A stretch of DNA of 64,000 bases. Source: Heteronotia binoei. Lineage: Eukaryota. Positions 48,403-59,123 of the stretch are shown here, piece after piece. The stretch is from NCBI RefSeq assembly GCF_032191835.1, contig NC_083223.1:89962001-90026000 (forward strand). Reading direction: 5' to 3'. A program made the position numbers and the translations under genes. The notes under the pieces were generated by a model. It ran no database searches, was not told where the DNA came from, and saw only the letters and a program-made list of their open reading frames with translations. Every line of letters begins with the position of its first letter. Position 1 is the stretch's first letter.

Positions 48403-51242
48403 GGGTGTCAAGCGCTACTGTTTAATGGTCCAACCTCCGCAGAGCCCATAACAACCTTGGAGGTGGGGCCTGAAAGGGATCTGATAACCTTCTTGCTAGA
48501 TCAGTCAAAATAAAGGGAATGAGGGAAACAAAGGGTAGAGCGAGGGTCATTGGGGTGATGGGCCCTAAACCAGAGGTATCTGTCTTGGCACCCCTAAAAG
48601 TGTCTCTGCCTTGGCAGTCAGGTGATTTATTCCATGATTTTTTATAGATGCCCCAGAGCAAAATTAGCTTACTGGGAAGAGATTTATGGGGAAAACTCAG
48701 AATGTGGACTGGGATGGTAGGGAACAGGTGTGTAGTGTTTCAAGGGATGTTAAGGGAAGAAGACATTCAGGGTATCGACCCTTGTGTCCGGGCAGCTCCA
48801 GGAAATCCTGGACTCCTACATATTGCACCAGTCACTGTGACACTAAAGAACCCTAAGGTAGTGCAAGTTCGGCAGTACCCAATACCATGCGAGGCTGAGG
48901 AAGGGTTAAAACCAATGATTACAGAATTATTACAAGATGGTCTGATTGAGGAATCGGTTTCCTCCTACAGCACTCCCATCCTGCCAGTTAAGAAAGTGGA
49001 TGGGACTTATAGAATGGTCCAGGATTTAAGAGAAATTAATAAGATAGTGGCCCCAAGGCCCCCATTGTCCCTGATCCTTACACCATCCTCAACGGTATTC
49101 CCAAAGACCATAGAGTATATAAAGTAATAGATTTGAAATCGGCTTGTGTTCCCCTAGCAGAAGCTGCCAGGGCCCTGTTTGCCTTCCAATGGCCACACCC
49201 CCATACGGGAATTGTAACCCGCTTTCAATGGTGTGTACTCCCCCAGGGATACACAGAGTCCCCCACAGTATTTGGGGAAATACTAACACAAGTATTGAAA
49301 GAATAATAGCCCCCTTCAAAGGTTGCCCTGACACAATACGTAGACAATCTTTTGATAAGTGGGGAGAAGGAGAAGGTCAGAGAGGGCTCAGTGAGTCTTC
49401 TGAATTTTCTAGCCCAAAAGGGGTTGAGGGTAACGAAGAAGAAAGTGCAGTTCTGCCAGCACCAAGTGAAGTATGTGGGGCATTTATTAAAGGAGGGAAA
49501 GAAACTCCTGAATCCCGAAAGGGTACAGGGTATCCAGGACCTCCCCCTCCCCCTCACCAAAAGGCAGCTACGAGGATTTTTAGGTTCAGTAAATTTTTGT
49601 AGCACCTGAATAGAGGGGTTTGCAGCCATGACCTTCCTCCTTAGCAGCAAATTAAGGGATGAGTGTCCTGACAGACTGGAATGGACCAGGGCTGAGGAGG
49701 GGGCGTTCCAGAAATTGAAATCTAGCCTCCTCTCTGCCCCTGCTTTGGGACTTCCCAGCATGCAAAAGCCTTTTCACTTGCAGATAACGACCCAAAAGGA
49801 GTTTGTGATTGCAGCCATGACCCAGAAAAAGGGGGGAATGGAACAACCTGTGGCCTACTTTTTCCGCATGCTAGATCCCATTGTACAGGGATGGCCCCCA
49901 CTATCTGCAGGCTTGTGCATCCACAGCCCAGGCAGTGAAAATGGCCAGGAAGTTTGTATGGCAAGGGGTCCTAATTGTACATTCTCCCCACCAAATACAA
50001 AGCATTTTAACTCACACCGCCAGGCAATGGATGATGGATGCCTGACTTCTTCAATTAGAGGCGATCTTTTTGGAATGCCCTGATCTGATTCTGGCAACCT
50101 TGGAAACGATCTAGTCCGGTGTTAGGGCTATCCGCAGGAACAAATGAGAGAATGGGGCTGGAACATTGCTGCGATTTTGGATCGCAGACCAAAATCAGGA
50201 AAGACTTGGAGGAGACCCCCATTTTGGGGGCAACAGATGTATTCGTAGATGGATCATCCAGGGTGGTTGACGGAAAACGATACAGAGGATATGCCATAAT
50301 AGAAGGGGGAGGACAAGAAATCGGGATCCTTTCCCCCATCCATGTCAGTCCAAATGGCCGAATTGGTGGCGGTTCAGAGAGCTTTAGAGCTATTCAAAGG
50401 GGAAAGTGTAAACATATATTTAGACTCTAAATATGTTTTTGCATGTATTTGGGAAAATTTGGGAGGAAAGAAGGCTGTTGAGCTCCCGAAGAAAATCTCT
50501 GGCCCACGTAGGCATTATCAAAAGGCTTTAGGAGCCTTGCAGGGACCGGCCGAGGTGGCCATAATTCATGTTAAAGGACACCAGAAAGGATCCAGTCATG
50601 AGGCACAAGGAAATCGATGGGCGGATGAGCATGCCAAGTTGGCCGCCTTAGGGCCACCGGCCACAACAGCCTTTTTGGCCGCCCTCATCCCCCAAGGACT
50701 GGATCCAGAACCCCCTTTTGTGTACACTCAGAGGAAAAGAGAAAAGGCTCATGCCCAGGGGGCTTGGGAGGAAAGAGGAAAACTCACACTCTCCGATGGG
50801 CGCTCCTGGCTCCCAGAGGGAGTGACCCGGGAGGTCTTAAAGACTTTGCATGAAAGTGAGCATTGGGGAACTGAGGCCTTGGTGGGTGCCTATCTTCAGA
50901 GATTTGTAGGATGCCGGGTGTGGACAATAGTCAAGCAACTGACCCAGCATTGCTTAACATGCCAGAAGGTGAATAAAAGGGGAGGGCAAATAGAACATGT
51001 TGGGGGCCAGCCAATTTCAGTAAGGCCTTTTCAGAGCTTACAGATAGATTTTATATATCTGCCCCCAGTTGGTAGGCTCAAACATTGCCTAGTAATACTG
51101 ACTTTCTCACAGGATGGGTCGAAGCTTTTCCAACAGCCCAAGCTACGGCCCTGGTGGAGACAAAGATACTTTTGGAATATGTAGTCCCTAGGTTTGGGGT
51201 CCTGGAAAGGATGGACTCTGATAGGGGCCCCACTTCACTGGC
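48403..51242 (+). pseudogene. pol: ERV pro-pol (protease, RT, RNase H, 5' half of integrase), disrupted and 3'-truncated
   Basis: Protease FLLD(deleted)...LLGRDL; RT QYPI..TPILPVKK.DGTYRMVQDLREIN, LPQG.TESP, QYVDNLL (49334-49354); RNase H FVDGSS, AELVA, IYLDSKY, HVKGHQ; IN H..H..C..C, LQIDF, WVEAFP, SDRG, after which homology stops. Confidence 0.93.
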
Positions 51243-51561
51243 AATGGAAGATGGTGTTGTGAATCATCAGTGGGGCCATCTATCAAAAAATTAACCTTCT
51301 TCTGTGATCTCTGTTAGCAAAGCCTCATTTCATGCTCAAAGGAAGAAACAGACAGTTTATAGAAATACATTGGTATGTGTGGGGGTTCCATTTGGCATAC
51401 TACAACTTAGGAAAGTGGAAATGGGACAATATGGGGGTGGGGATCTTCATGCATTTACAATACTTTCTTTGCAGGATCGGACTGTTCTTTCATCATCAGA
51501 CACATCCACAGCTGATTTTTTTTTTAAAAAACGGATGATTGTTTAACCTCTGTAGAATGAT

Positions 51562-51934
51562 TAGGGTTGCCGTGTCCTCACTGGAGACAGAGAAACCCCA
51601 CATTTGTGGGACTCTTCCCTGCTGCTGGCCAGCTGGCTTGTGGGGAAATCTCACCAACTGGCTTGAAAGGTGATGTGATGACAATCACCTGAATGTGACA
51701 TCATCACATCACCAATGTCACACAGCATCACTCTAGTTTTTGGGCAAAACGCTATGGTAAAATCAGTTTTGCCCTAAACTAGAGTGTCACTCCCCCCCAC
51801 CCCATGTCAGCAACATGATGACATCACTTCTGGGTGACATCATTGTGCCATGTATGCTTTGTTTGCTGGGCAGAAAATCCCAGAAAGGACCCAGGATCCC
51901 CACACCAGCTGCAAGGTAGGACCTGGAAACCCTA
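51562..51934. mobile_element. hAT MITE (373 bp)
   Basis: TIRs TAGGGTTGCC / GGAAACCCTA and a perfect 8-bp TSD AGAATGAT (51554-51561, 51935-51942). Confidence 0.88.
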
Positions 51935-53297
51935 AGAATGATCCCTTGTAGAGACTTTACACTTCATCATTGCTCATTCATAATAAAGTAAATAAACAAT
52001 TACATGCTTACCACCACTGTACTGATTTGCTCCCCCAATAAAAATTTTCTGACAAGACAATTTTCTTGTCTCAAACACTCAAAAATGTTTGCCCTTTGAA
52101 CATTCAAAATTTCTCATAACTGGACGGAATGTTTACGGATATGAACTCTTACCATTCTTTCCCTATTCTCCCATCCCTGGTTCATCATTTTTGTTACATG
52201 ATTTAATAAAAATGTTGTTTAATACTGCTGGGGTTGTAGGAAAGTTGTGTGGTTTGTCTCTTTGTTCTAGCCTTAACCTGCTTGACCCTATGTTAATTGA
52301 TGCGATCCAGATCACAAATGCTTGGTGCATGTGCATTCTTGCATTGCTGTGTCACAGCCTTGTCCTGTAAATCCAAAGCACTTTACAGTGAGGGTAAAAT
52401 GTACTTGGTTTGCATTTCTAATGTTAAAGTATTACTTACTTTACCTGGCCAACTACTACCAATATTCTCAACTGTATAATATTGACTCATTCTCATACTG
52501 CCACCTGGGGACTAATGTTTGATCCTGTACATTATAAGTATACTCATACATGCATAATGTCACCAACTGATAATGCTGTCAGTTGCACAGGTGTAAAAGC
52601 AGTACATGAATTCTAATTATTTTAGATGATGCATGACCTGATAACCCAGGGGTTATTCAGTCAGAGTGTGAACAGGTGTCAATAATTTCTACATAGCTAG
52701 CTGCTATGCCGAATGCCACCACTGTGCAAGTACAAAGGCACTCAGATTTAGAGCCAACAGATATTGTCAGCCAGATAATTTCAATTTTCAAATAGCTGTT
52801 TTCCAAACACTGAATTATAACACCCAATCCTCTTCTCTTTTATCAAAAGACAGCCATTTTACAGCTATTCTAGTAGCCAAGCACCTGGTCAGAAATCTGA
52901 TTTGTAAAAGTTTCTCGTATGTCTATTTGCAGAGTATGTTTTCTAACAAGATACATTAATTATTCACACTAGTCTAGAAAAAGGTGATTTGTTCAATGGC
53001 TGCATCACAAATGTTGCTTTTCTGTTACCTCAGGAAACAAGCACCGCCACCCCTACTGTCTTTCAGCTATCTGAATCTCAAGGCTGGATCTTTGCAACCA
53101 GCATCTGAATACTTGTCAGTGGTCCCCAACACTGGATCGGAAACCACAGATGCAGAACTGAACAGGTAAGTAGATGCTGCCAGCTTTAATAACAAATTGC
53201 TAAATAACAAATTGCTAGAATCCAAACTCTCTCCCTCAAGAATTTAGGCCCCTGATCTCTCCAGCAAGTTATTGATACCTGCAACACTGGCTGTAGT

Positions 53298-53424
53298 TAG
53301 GGTTGCCAAGTCCAATTCAAGAAATATCTGGGGACTTTGGGGGTGGAGCCAGGAGACATTAGGGGTGGAGCCAAGATCAAGGCTGTGACAAGCATAATTA
53401 AACACCTGGGGATTGGCAACCCAA
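53298..53424. mobile_element. 127-bp internal-deletion derivative of the 11762-12271 hAT MITE, inverted
   Basis: Both ends match the ends of the 510-bp element (AAGTCCAATT...GACAAGCAT joined to CACCTGGGGATTGGCAACC). Confidence 0.85.
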
Positions 53425-53439
53425 TCAGCAGTAGCACCT

Positions 53440-54240
53440 CCACGCTCAGGTGTACCGGCTTGGGGCGGGCCGTTGGGGACCCTGAACTCTTCCTACGTGC
53501 TTTTTTCACGCGTCGCCCTCAAGGGCACGGGAGAAGCGCAGCAACATGCACAATCCCCGTTCACCCTCTGGCATTCCCACGCCTCCCTCTCTCTCTCCCC
53601 TTTTGCAACTGGGGGGCGAGATCCAGCCCCACTGCCCCTTCCCTACTGGACGGGGGGGGGGGGTCTCTCTTACCTGCCGTCTCCTCCCAGCTCGCTCGCC
53701 TTCGCCCCCCGCCCTGCATCAGCCGCCCCGCCGCCTGCAGCCATTTTCCGCTTCTCCCTCAGCTGTTCCCCATGTGGGAACGAAGACGACTCACAGAAGC
53801 CCGGGTCCTGCTGCGGGGCATGGCGGGAAGCATAGCTCCCCGTCCGGAGCTCAGCCCCACAAGCCAATGGGAGGCGAGCGGCCCAGAGAACTACAAGCCT
53901 GGAAAGCTGCCGTGCTAGGCATGCTGGGAGTTGTAGTTCTTTCTAAAGGTGGGGAGAAGAATCGCAGAGCGGGGAAGGGAAGGAAGCGCAAAGGCTCAAG
54001 GCTGTTCCAAAAGGGGCGCCAGGCGGGGGTGGGTTGTTCTTCGCAAGGCCTCCCTGGCACTTTTTTTTTTTTGCCATTGCTTTTTGCAAAAGGCCGCCCT
54101 GCCTCCAAATGCCCCAAGAGCGAGTGGCACCAAAATGGCGCCATTTCCCCCCCCGGTTCCGAATTTTGGGAGGGCGGGGGAGGAGGCTTCTATATCTGGG
54201 GGCCCCCGCCAGGGCGGGGGAGTTGGGACCCCTAGCTGTA
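53440..54240. promoter_or_regulatory. CpG-island promoter with ZNF143/THAP11, CCAAT and ETS/YY1-like motifs
   Basis: GCATGCTGGGAGTTGTAGTT (53919-53938) reads AACTACAACTCCCAGCATGC on the minus strand. A degenerate inverted site lies at 53889, CCAAT at 53864, and GCGGAAAATGGC at the candidate start codon. High CpG density. Confidence 0.7.
53674..53744 (-). CDS. Candidate first coding exon of an unidentified host gene (MAAGGGAADAGRGAKASELGGDG, phase-2 end)
   Basis: AAAATGG start context inside the CpG island, followed by a canonical donor CAG|GTAAGA at 53674/53673. The protein was not recognised. Confidence 0.45.
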
Positions 54241-55360
54241 GTCCAACCCATATATATTTCTGCAGAATATTTCTTTGAATAGCTTTGAGGCTGTTTTATG
54301 ACTTTTAATAATGAGATGTTTTCCAGTTACTGAAATAATATTAAAATATATTTTAAGAAGCTATGCTGTTGCAAACTAACTTATCGGATCATAATGCGCC
54401 TCATCCCCATGGACTTTGTTTCTGTACTGTGGCCTTCGAAACAGCAGTCGGTGGCTGGAGTGCGAGTTGTACACTGGTTGAGAAAAACAGTAGGGGACTT
54501 TGTGATTGATGATCTCTGCACTCTCCAGGAGCTATCACTGCATTAATGGAAATGATTGCATAGGATCTGAGAGATAAAAGGATAATCTCAGCAGCACAAA
54601 CAAAAAATACAGCAGAAAAGAAAATCAGAAATAACTTTACAGTTTTCTTTTAGCCATTCTTTAAATAATAATAAAAAAGACTGCTTCTTTTTTTGGCAAA
54701 CAGAACAAATTTACTTACGATTTTGTCTCAGGATACCGGATGGAAGTAAAACAGTTGTGAAGAATTTTATTTCTCTCTGCATATCTGATTTTACTTTAGC
54801 AGCTGTTAAATGGTAAGTAATAATGGCTCATTTTGTTGTGGGTATCTCATGAATGCCATCCTAGGGTCCTGCAATACGTGGATGTCACTGCAGTAAATAT
54901 AAAAGGCATGAAGCAGTTTTGACTTCCATCTGAGAAAACAAACAAACTACAAATATATTCAGATACGTGATTTGGAACAAAGAATCAATAATCACAGAAG
55001 TAGGTAAAGATTCTTGAGATCCCCCAGAGGCTGTCCAGGTGCCTGTAGATTATGGTGTCTAGAGATCTGGCAATTCTGCTTGATCAGAGGGCCAATCACA
55101 TCTTCCAAGGTTTTTGCAAAGGTAACAGATGGCACTGTTGTGAATCAGAAGAACTCACATGATAGCTTTTAAAAACAATTTTTGTTCCAGCTAACTGAAT
55201 GGGTGAAGGGAAGAGACCTAGATGCTAGTCTATAGATCTTCCCCTTGTTATGCAAATAGCTAGTAAGTACTATGCAGGGATGTCATCAACTGGAATATAT
55301 TACACAAGTAACAGTCATATGAAATACTGGCAGATGGTTGTGGACTGCTTGAGATAATTA

Positions 55361-58228
55361 GATAGATAGATAGATAATTTTATTTATATCCCGCCCTCCC
55401 CGCCGGAGCAGGCTCAGGGCGGCTAACAACATCATTCAATTTCCCTTATACAAAAGACAAGGTTACATTAACATTAAACATTAAAAAATTCTGATAAGTT
55501 TAAAATCACTTAATTAAATTGATAAAAGTGCTAATGCTAATTGTGCTTTTATAATGGCGGTAATCATTAGCAATTTCTTTCTTCGTCAGCGAAAGCCAGT
55601 CGGAAGAGGAAGGTTTTGCAGGCCCTGCGGAATTGTTCAAGGTCCCGCAGGGCCCGCATTTCCTCTGGAAGTTGGTTCCATAGGTTCGGGGCTACAGAGG
55701 AGAAGGCCCGGTTACGGGTGCATTGCAGCTTCACCTCTTTTGGTGCGGGGGTGGTCAACAAGTTTTTTCCAGCTGACCTCAGTGCTCTCTGGGGTTCGTA
55801 TGGGGAGAGACGGTCCCTAAGATAGACAGGTCCTCGACCATATAGGGCTTTAAAGGTGATGACCAGCACTTTGTAACGAATCCGGTATGTAACTGGCAGC
55901 CAGTGCAGCTCGCGCAGCCCAGGCTGTATGTGCTCCCATTTAGGGAGCCCCAACAACAGTCTGGCCGCTGCGTTCTGCACCAGCTGCAGCTTCCGGGTTC
56001 GGTACAGAGGCAGCCCCATGTAGAGGGCATTACAGTAGTCCAGTCTCGAGGTGACCGTTGCGTGAAGTACCGTTGCCAGGTCTTGGCGCTCTAGGAAGGG
56101 AGCCAACTGCCTTGCCCGCCTCAGGTGAAAAAAGGCTGACTTGGAAGTGGCTGCAATCTGGGCCTCCATTGATAAAGAAGGCTCCAGTAAGACTCCCAGA
56201 CTCCTAACCTGGTGCGCCGCTTTCAACGGCGCCCCGTCGAAGACCGGAAGAGGTATTTCCCCTTCCCGAGCGCCCCGACCCAGACAAAGGACTTCTGTCT
56301 TCGCTGGATTCAATTTCAGCCGGCTCCCCCTCAACCACATTGCCATATCCTGCAAGGCCCGGTGTAAATTTTCAGGGACGCAGCCAGGCCGGCCGTCCAT
56401 CAGCAGATAGAGTTGGGTGTCATCTGCATATTGGTGGCACCCAAGTCCATATCTCCTGGCAATCTGGGCAAGAGGGCGCATATAGATATTGAATAACATT
56501 GGTGAGAGGACTGCCCCTTGAGGCACTCCACAATCCAGTGTGCGCCTCCGGGACCGCTCGCCACCAATTGCCACCCTTTGTCCCCGATCCTCGAGGAAGG
56601 AGGAGAGCCATTGTAAGGCAGACCCCCTCACCCCTATATCGGCGAGGCGGCGGGTCAGTAGCCGATGGTCGACCGTGTCGAACGCGGCCGACAGATCTAA
56701 CAGCATCAGCACCGCCACACCGCCCCGATCCAGATGCCGTTGGAGATAATCTACCAGGGCGACCAGTACTGTCTCCGTCCCATGACCCGGGCGAAAGCCG
56801 GACTGGCAAGGGTCTAGGATGGAAGCGTCATCCAGAAAGCTCTGCAACTGCGACGCCACTGCCCTCGCTATCATTTTACCTAAAAACGGTAAATTAGAGA
56901 CCGGTCGGTAGTTTGCCAATTCGGCCGGGTCTGCTGTACTTTTTTTCAAGAGGGGTCGGACCAAAGCCTCTTTCAGGGATGATGGAAAGCGCCCCTCCGA
57001 GAGGGATCTATTTATGATGTCCCGTAGAGGACATTCAAGCTCCCTCAGGCAGGATTTAATTAGCCAGGAGGGGCATGGGTCCAAATCACAAGTTGTGGGG
57101 CGCGCAGAGGAGAGAATTCCGTCAACTTCCTCCAGGCTGAGCGGGTCGAAATGATCCAGAGTTAAATCAGAAGACAGGCAAGGGGCCTCGGGCTCATGTG
57201 CTGTATCTAAGGTGATGGGCAGGTCCTGGCGGAACGACATGATTTTGTCTGCAAAAAATTTCGCAAAAGCCTCACAGCCTATTTCTAATTCTCTGACGTT
57301 TGGTCTGCCCTGGGGCAGTGTAGTTAAATGTCCAATTATTTTAAACAATTGTGCCGGGCGCGAATTTGCAGACGCAATCTTGGCCGCGAAGTACTTCTTC
57401 TTCGCGGTCTTGACTGCCATCTCATACGACCTCATAAACGTTCTGTAGGATGTTCTCGCCGCTTCGCCACGAGTGCGCCGCCACTGCCTCTCTAGTCGTC
57501 GGAGTCCTTGTTTCAACCGGCGTAGCTCCAGGGTATACCAGGGAGCCAGCCTTGAACGAGGGCGCAGAGGACGTCGGGGTGCGATCTCGTTGATTGCCTC
57601 AGATAGCCGGTCTTGCCAGGCATCAACCAGGGCATCAAGGGAATCGCAAGGGGGCCAAGGATCCCGAAGAGCTGTTTGGAACCGTTCCGGGTCCATCAGG
57701 CTCCGCGGGCGAGCCAAAATAGGCTCTCCGCCCTTACAGGGTTGTGGTAGCGTCTCCATACGAGCCTTGAGGGCTAAGTGATCCGACCATGGTATCGCCT
57801 CCGTCGCGATTTCGTTCACTTTAATCCCGGCCGCAAAGATCAGATCTAATGTGTGCCCAGCCTGATGTGTGGGAGTTGTAACAAATTGGGAGAGTCCCAG
57901 TGTCGCCATGGAAGACACTAGGTCCATCGCCTGAGTGGATGCCGCGTCATCGGCGTGGACATTGAAGTCACCCAGGACCAGAAGCCCTGGGTACTCCAAC
58001 GCCCAGCCGGACACCGCCTCCATCAGGGATGGTAAGGCGCTGGCCGGTGCGTTAGGCGGACGGTACACCAGCCAGATCGCCAACCTCTCCCCGACATCCA
58101 ACACAAGGCCGACACATTCAACACCATCGATCTTTGGGGCTGGGAGGGCCCGGAAGGAGTAAGCCTCCCGCATGAATACCGCCCCCCCGCCCCCCCGCCC
58201 GCTAATCCGCGACTGGTGGAAGACCGAG
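55361..58228 (-). mobile_element. Young 5'-truncated L2 LINE
   Basis: (ATCT)n tail at 55361-55375, L2 3' end GAGGGCGGGATATAAAT, CpGs retained, and a possible TSD TAATTA (55355-55360, 58229-58234). Confidence 0.95.
55567..58173 (-). CDS. L2 ORF2: APE endonuclease (N-terminus missing) plus reverse transcriptase, 868 aa uninterrupted
   Basis: APE motifs VYRPP, GDFN, TH..GHTLDL and SDH. RT motifs YRPVSNL, QSGFR, LDLSAAFDTVDH, GVPQGAVLSP and YADDTQLY. Confidence 0.95.
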   Translation of the reverse strand: MREAYSFRALPAPKIDGVECVGLVLDVGERLAIWLVYRPPNAPASALPSLMEAVSGWALEYPGLLVLGDFNVHADDAASTQAMDLVSSMATLGLSQFVTTPTHQAGHTLDLIFAAGIKVNEIATEAIPWSDHLALKARMETLPQPCKGGEPILARPRSLMDPERFQTALRDPWPPCDSLDALVDAWQDRLSEAINEIAPRRPLRPRSRLAPWYTLELRRLKQGLRRLERQWRRTRGEAARTSYRTFMRSYEMAVKTAKKKYFAAKIASANSRPAQLFKIIGHLTTLPQGRPNVRELEIGCEAFAKFFADKIMSFRQDLPITLDTAHEPEAPCLSSDLTLDHFDPLSLEEVDGILSSARPTTCDLDPCPSWLIKSCLRELECPLRDIINRSLSEGRFPSSLKEALVRPLLKKSTADPAELANYRPVSNLPFLGKMIARAVASQLQSFLDDASILDPCQSGFRPGHGTETVLVALVDYLQRHLDRGGVAVLMLLDLSAAFDTVDHRLLTRRLADIGVRGSALQWLSSFLEDRGQRVAIGGERSRRRTLDCGVPQGAVLSPMLFNIYMRPLAQIARRYGLGCHQYADDTQLYLLMDGRPGCVPENLHRALQDMAMWLRGSRLKLNPAKTEVLCLGRGAREGEIPLPVFDGAPLKAAHQVRSLGVLLEPSLSMEAQIAATSKSAFFHLRRARQLAPFLERQDLATVLHATVTSRLDYCNALYMGLPLYRTRKLQLVQNAAARLLLGLPKWEHIQPGLRELHWLPVTYRIRYKVLVITFKALYGRGPVYLRDRLSPYEPQRALRSAGKNLLTTPAPKEVKLQCTRNRAFSSVAPNLWNQLPEEMRALRDLEQFRRACKTFLFRLAFADEERNC

Positions 58229-58262
58229 TAATTACTGAGGATTACTGGGTGAATCTCTTCAG

Positions 58263-59123
58263 TTATGCTAGCACTACTGATTGTGCCTCTAACTGTTCCT
58301 CCCTAATTTTTTCTTTTTGCCAATCCACACTGTGTGTTTTGAGGAACTCCTCCGCTTTGACAGGAGAATCTATCCTAAACCTGTTATTGACATACGTAAA
58401 TGTCAAACCCTCTGGAACCAACCACCTATATGTGATTCCTTTTCTCTGAAGAATCGAGGCCAGTTGTCTATAATCTCTTCTCTTCGATCTGATCAGCCAG
58501 GGGATATCCTTCATAACCTTGATCTTAATTCCTTTAATGGTTAACTGTTGGTCTCTAGCCTCCCGCCATACCTTCTCTTTAACCATCCTACGAACAAATC
58601 TCACATGAACCTCTCTGTTGAGACCATTCCTTCTCGCGTGTGTAGTATTGACTCTATATACCCAGTCTATTTCTTTTTCAGAATCAATCTGCTCTATTGA
58701 CAAAAGATCAGCAAATGCCTCCGCCATTAATGTCACTAAGTTTTCATTCCTTTCCTCCGGTATATTTAAAAACCGCAAAACATATTCAGCTTGGCCCATT
58801 TCCATTTGCATACTTTTTGTCTCTAATTTATCCTGATTTCCTTCAAGTTCTTCTATTTTGCCTTCCATTAATTTAAGTTTGCCATCTATAGACTTTGTGA
58901 CTCTAACTACTTCAGTTATATCTTTTCTAGTTTCCCCAAATTTATCATCCAGACTATCCATCTTGACCACCACACCCTCCATTTGTTTTGTCAAGGAATC
59001 TTTCAATTGGTTTAATGCTTCTAAAAAATTCATTTGAATATCTTTTAATGCGTCCTGCGACAAGGCGGCTCCCACTGCCTTAGGTTGGCCTGGCGAAAAT
59101 TTTACCTTCCCTGCCTGTGACAT
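58263..59123 (-). CDS. L1 ORF1p (coiled coil, RRM and CTD), 286 aa from the first ATG
   Basis: Heptad-rich N-half; RRM-like LRFLNIPE..IDWVYRV..REVHVRF..KEKVWREAR; CTD KVMKDIP..RRDY..LQRKGITYRWLVPEGL..DSPVKAEEFL. This is the L1 ORF1/Transposase_22-type architecture. The track ORF starts at a TTG (59144). Confidence 0.85.
   Translation of the reverse strand: MSQAGKVKFSPGQPKAVGAALSQDALKDIQMNFLEALNQLKDSLTKQMEGVVVKMDSLDDKFGETRKDITEVVRVTKSIDGKLKLMEGKIEELEGNQDKLETKSMQMEMGQAEYVLRFLNIPEERNENLVTLMAEAFADLLSIEQIDSEKEIDWVYRVNTTHARRNGLNREVHVRFVRRMVKEKVWREARDQQLTIKGIKIKVMKDIPWLIRSKRRDYRQLASILQRKGITYRWLVPEGLTFTYVNNRFRIDSPVKAEEFLKTHSVDWQKEKIREEQLEAQSVVLA

Noticed and set aside
52153-52230. Minus-strand exon 2 candidate (donor ATG|GTAAGA)
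   Set aside because: It has a stop codon in the phase required by the 53674 exon. It could only be non-coding or an alternative start.
55554-58162. Multiple plus-strand ORFs opposite the L2 ORF2
   Set aside because: These are shadow ORFs of a GC-rich coding sequence.
58263-58302. Programmed -1 frameshift fusing L1 ORF1 to L2 ORF2
   Set aside because: The frames overlap by 40 nt in the -1 relation, but there is no X XXY YYZ slippery heptamer in the overlap. The A-rich run lies upstream of the -1-frame TAG at 58303-58305.
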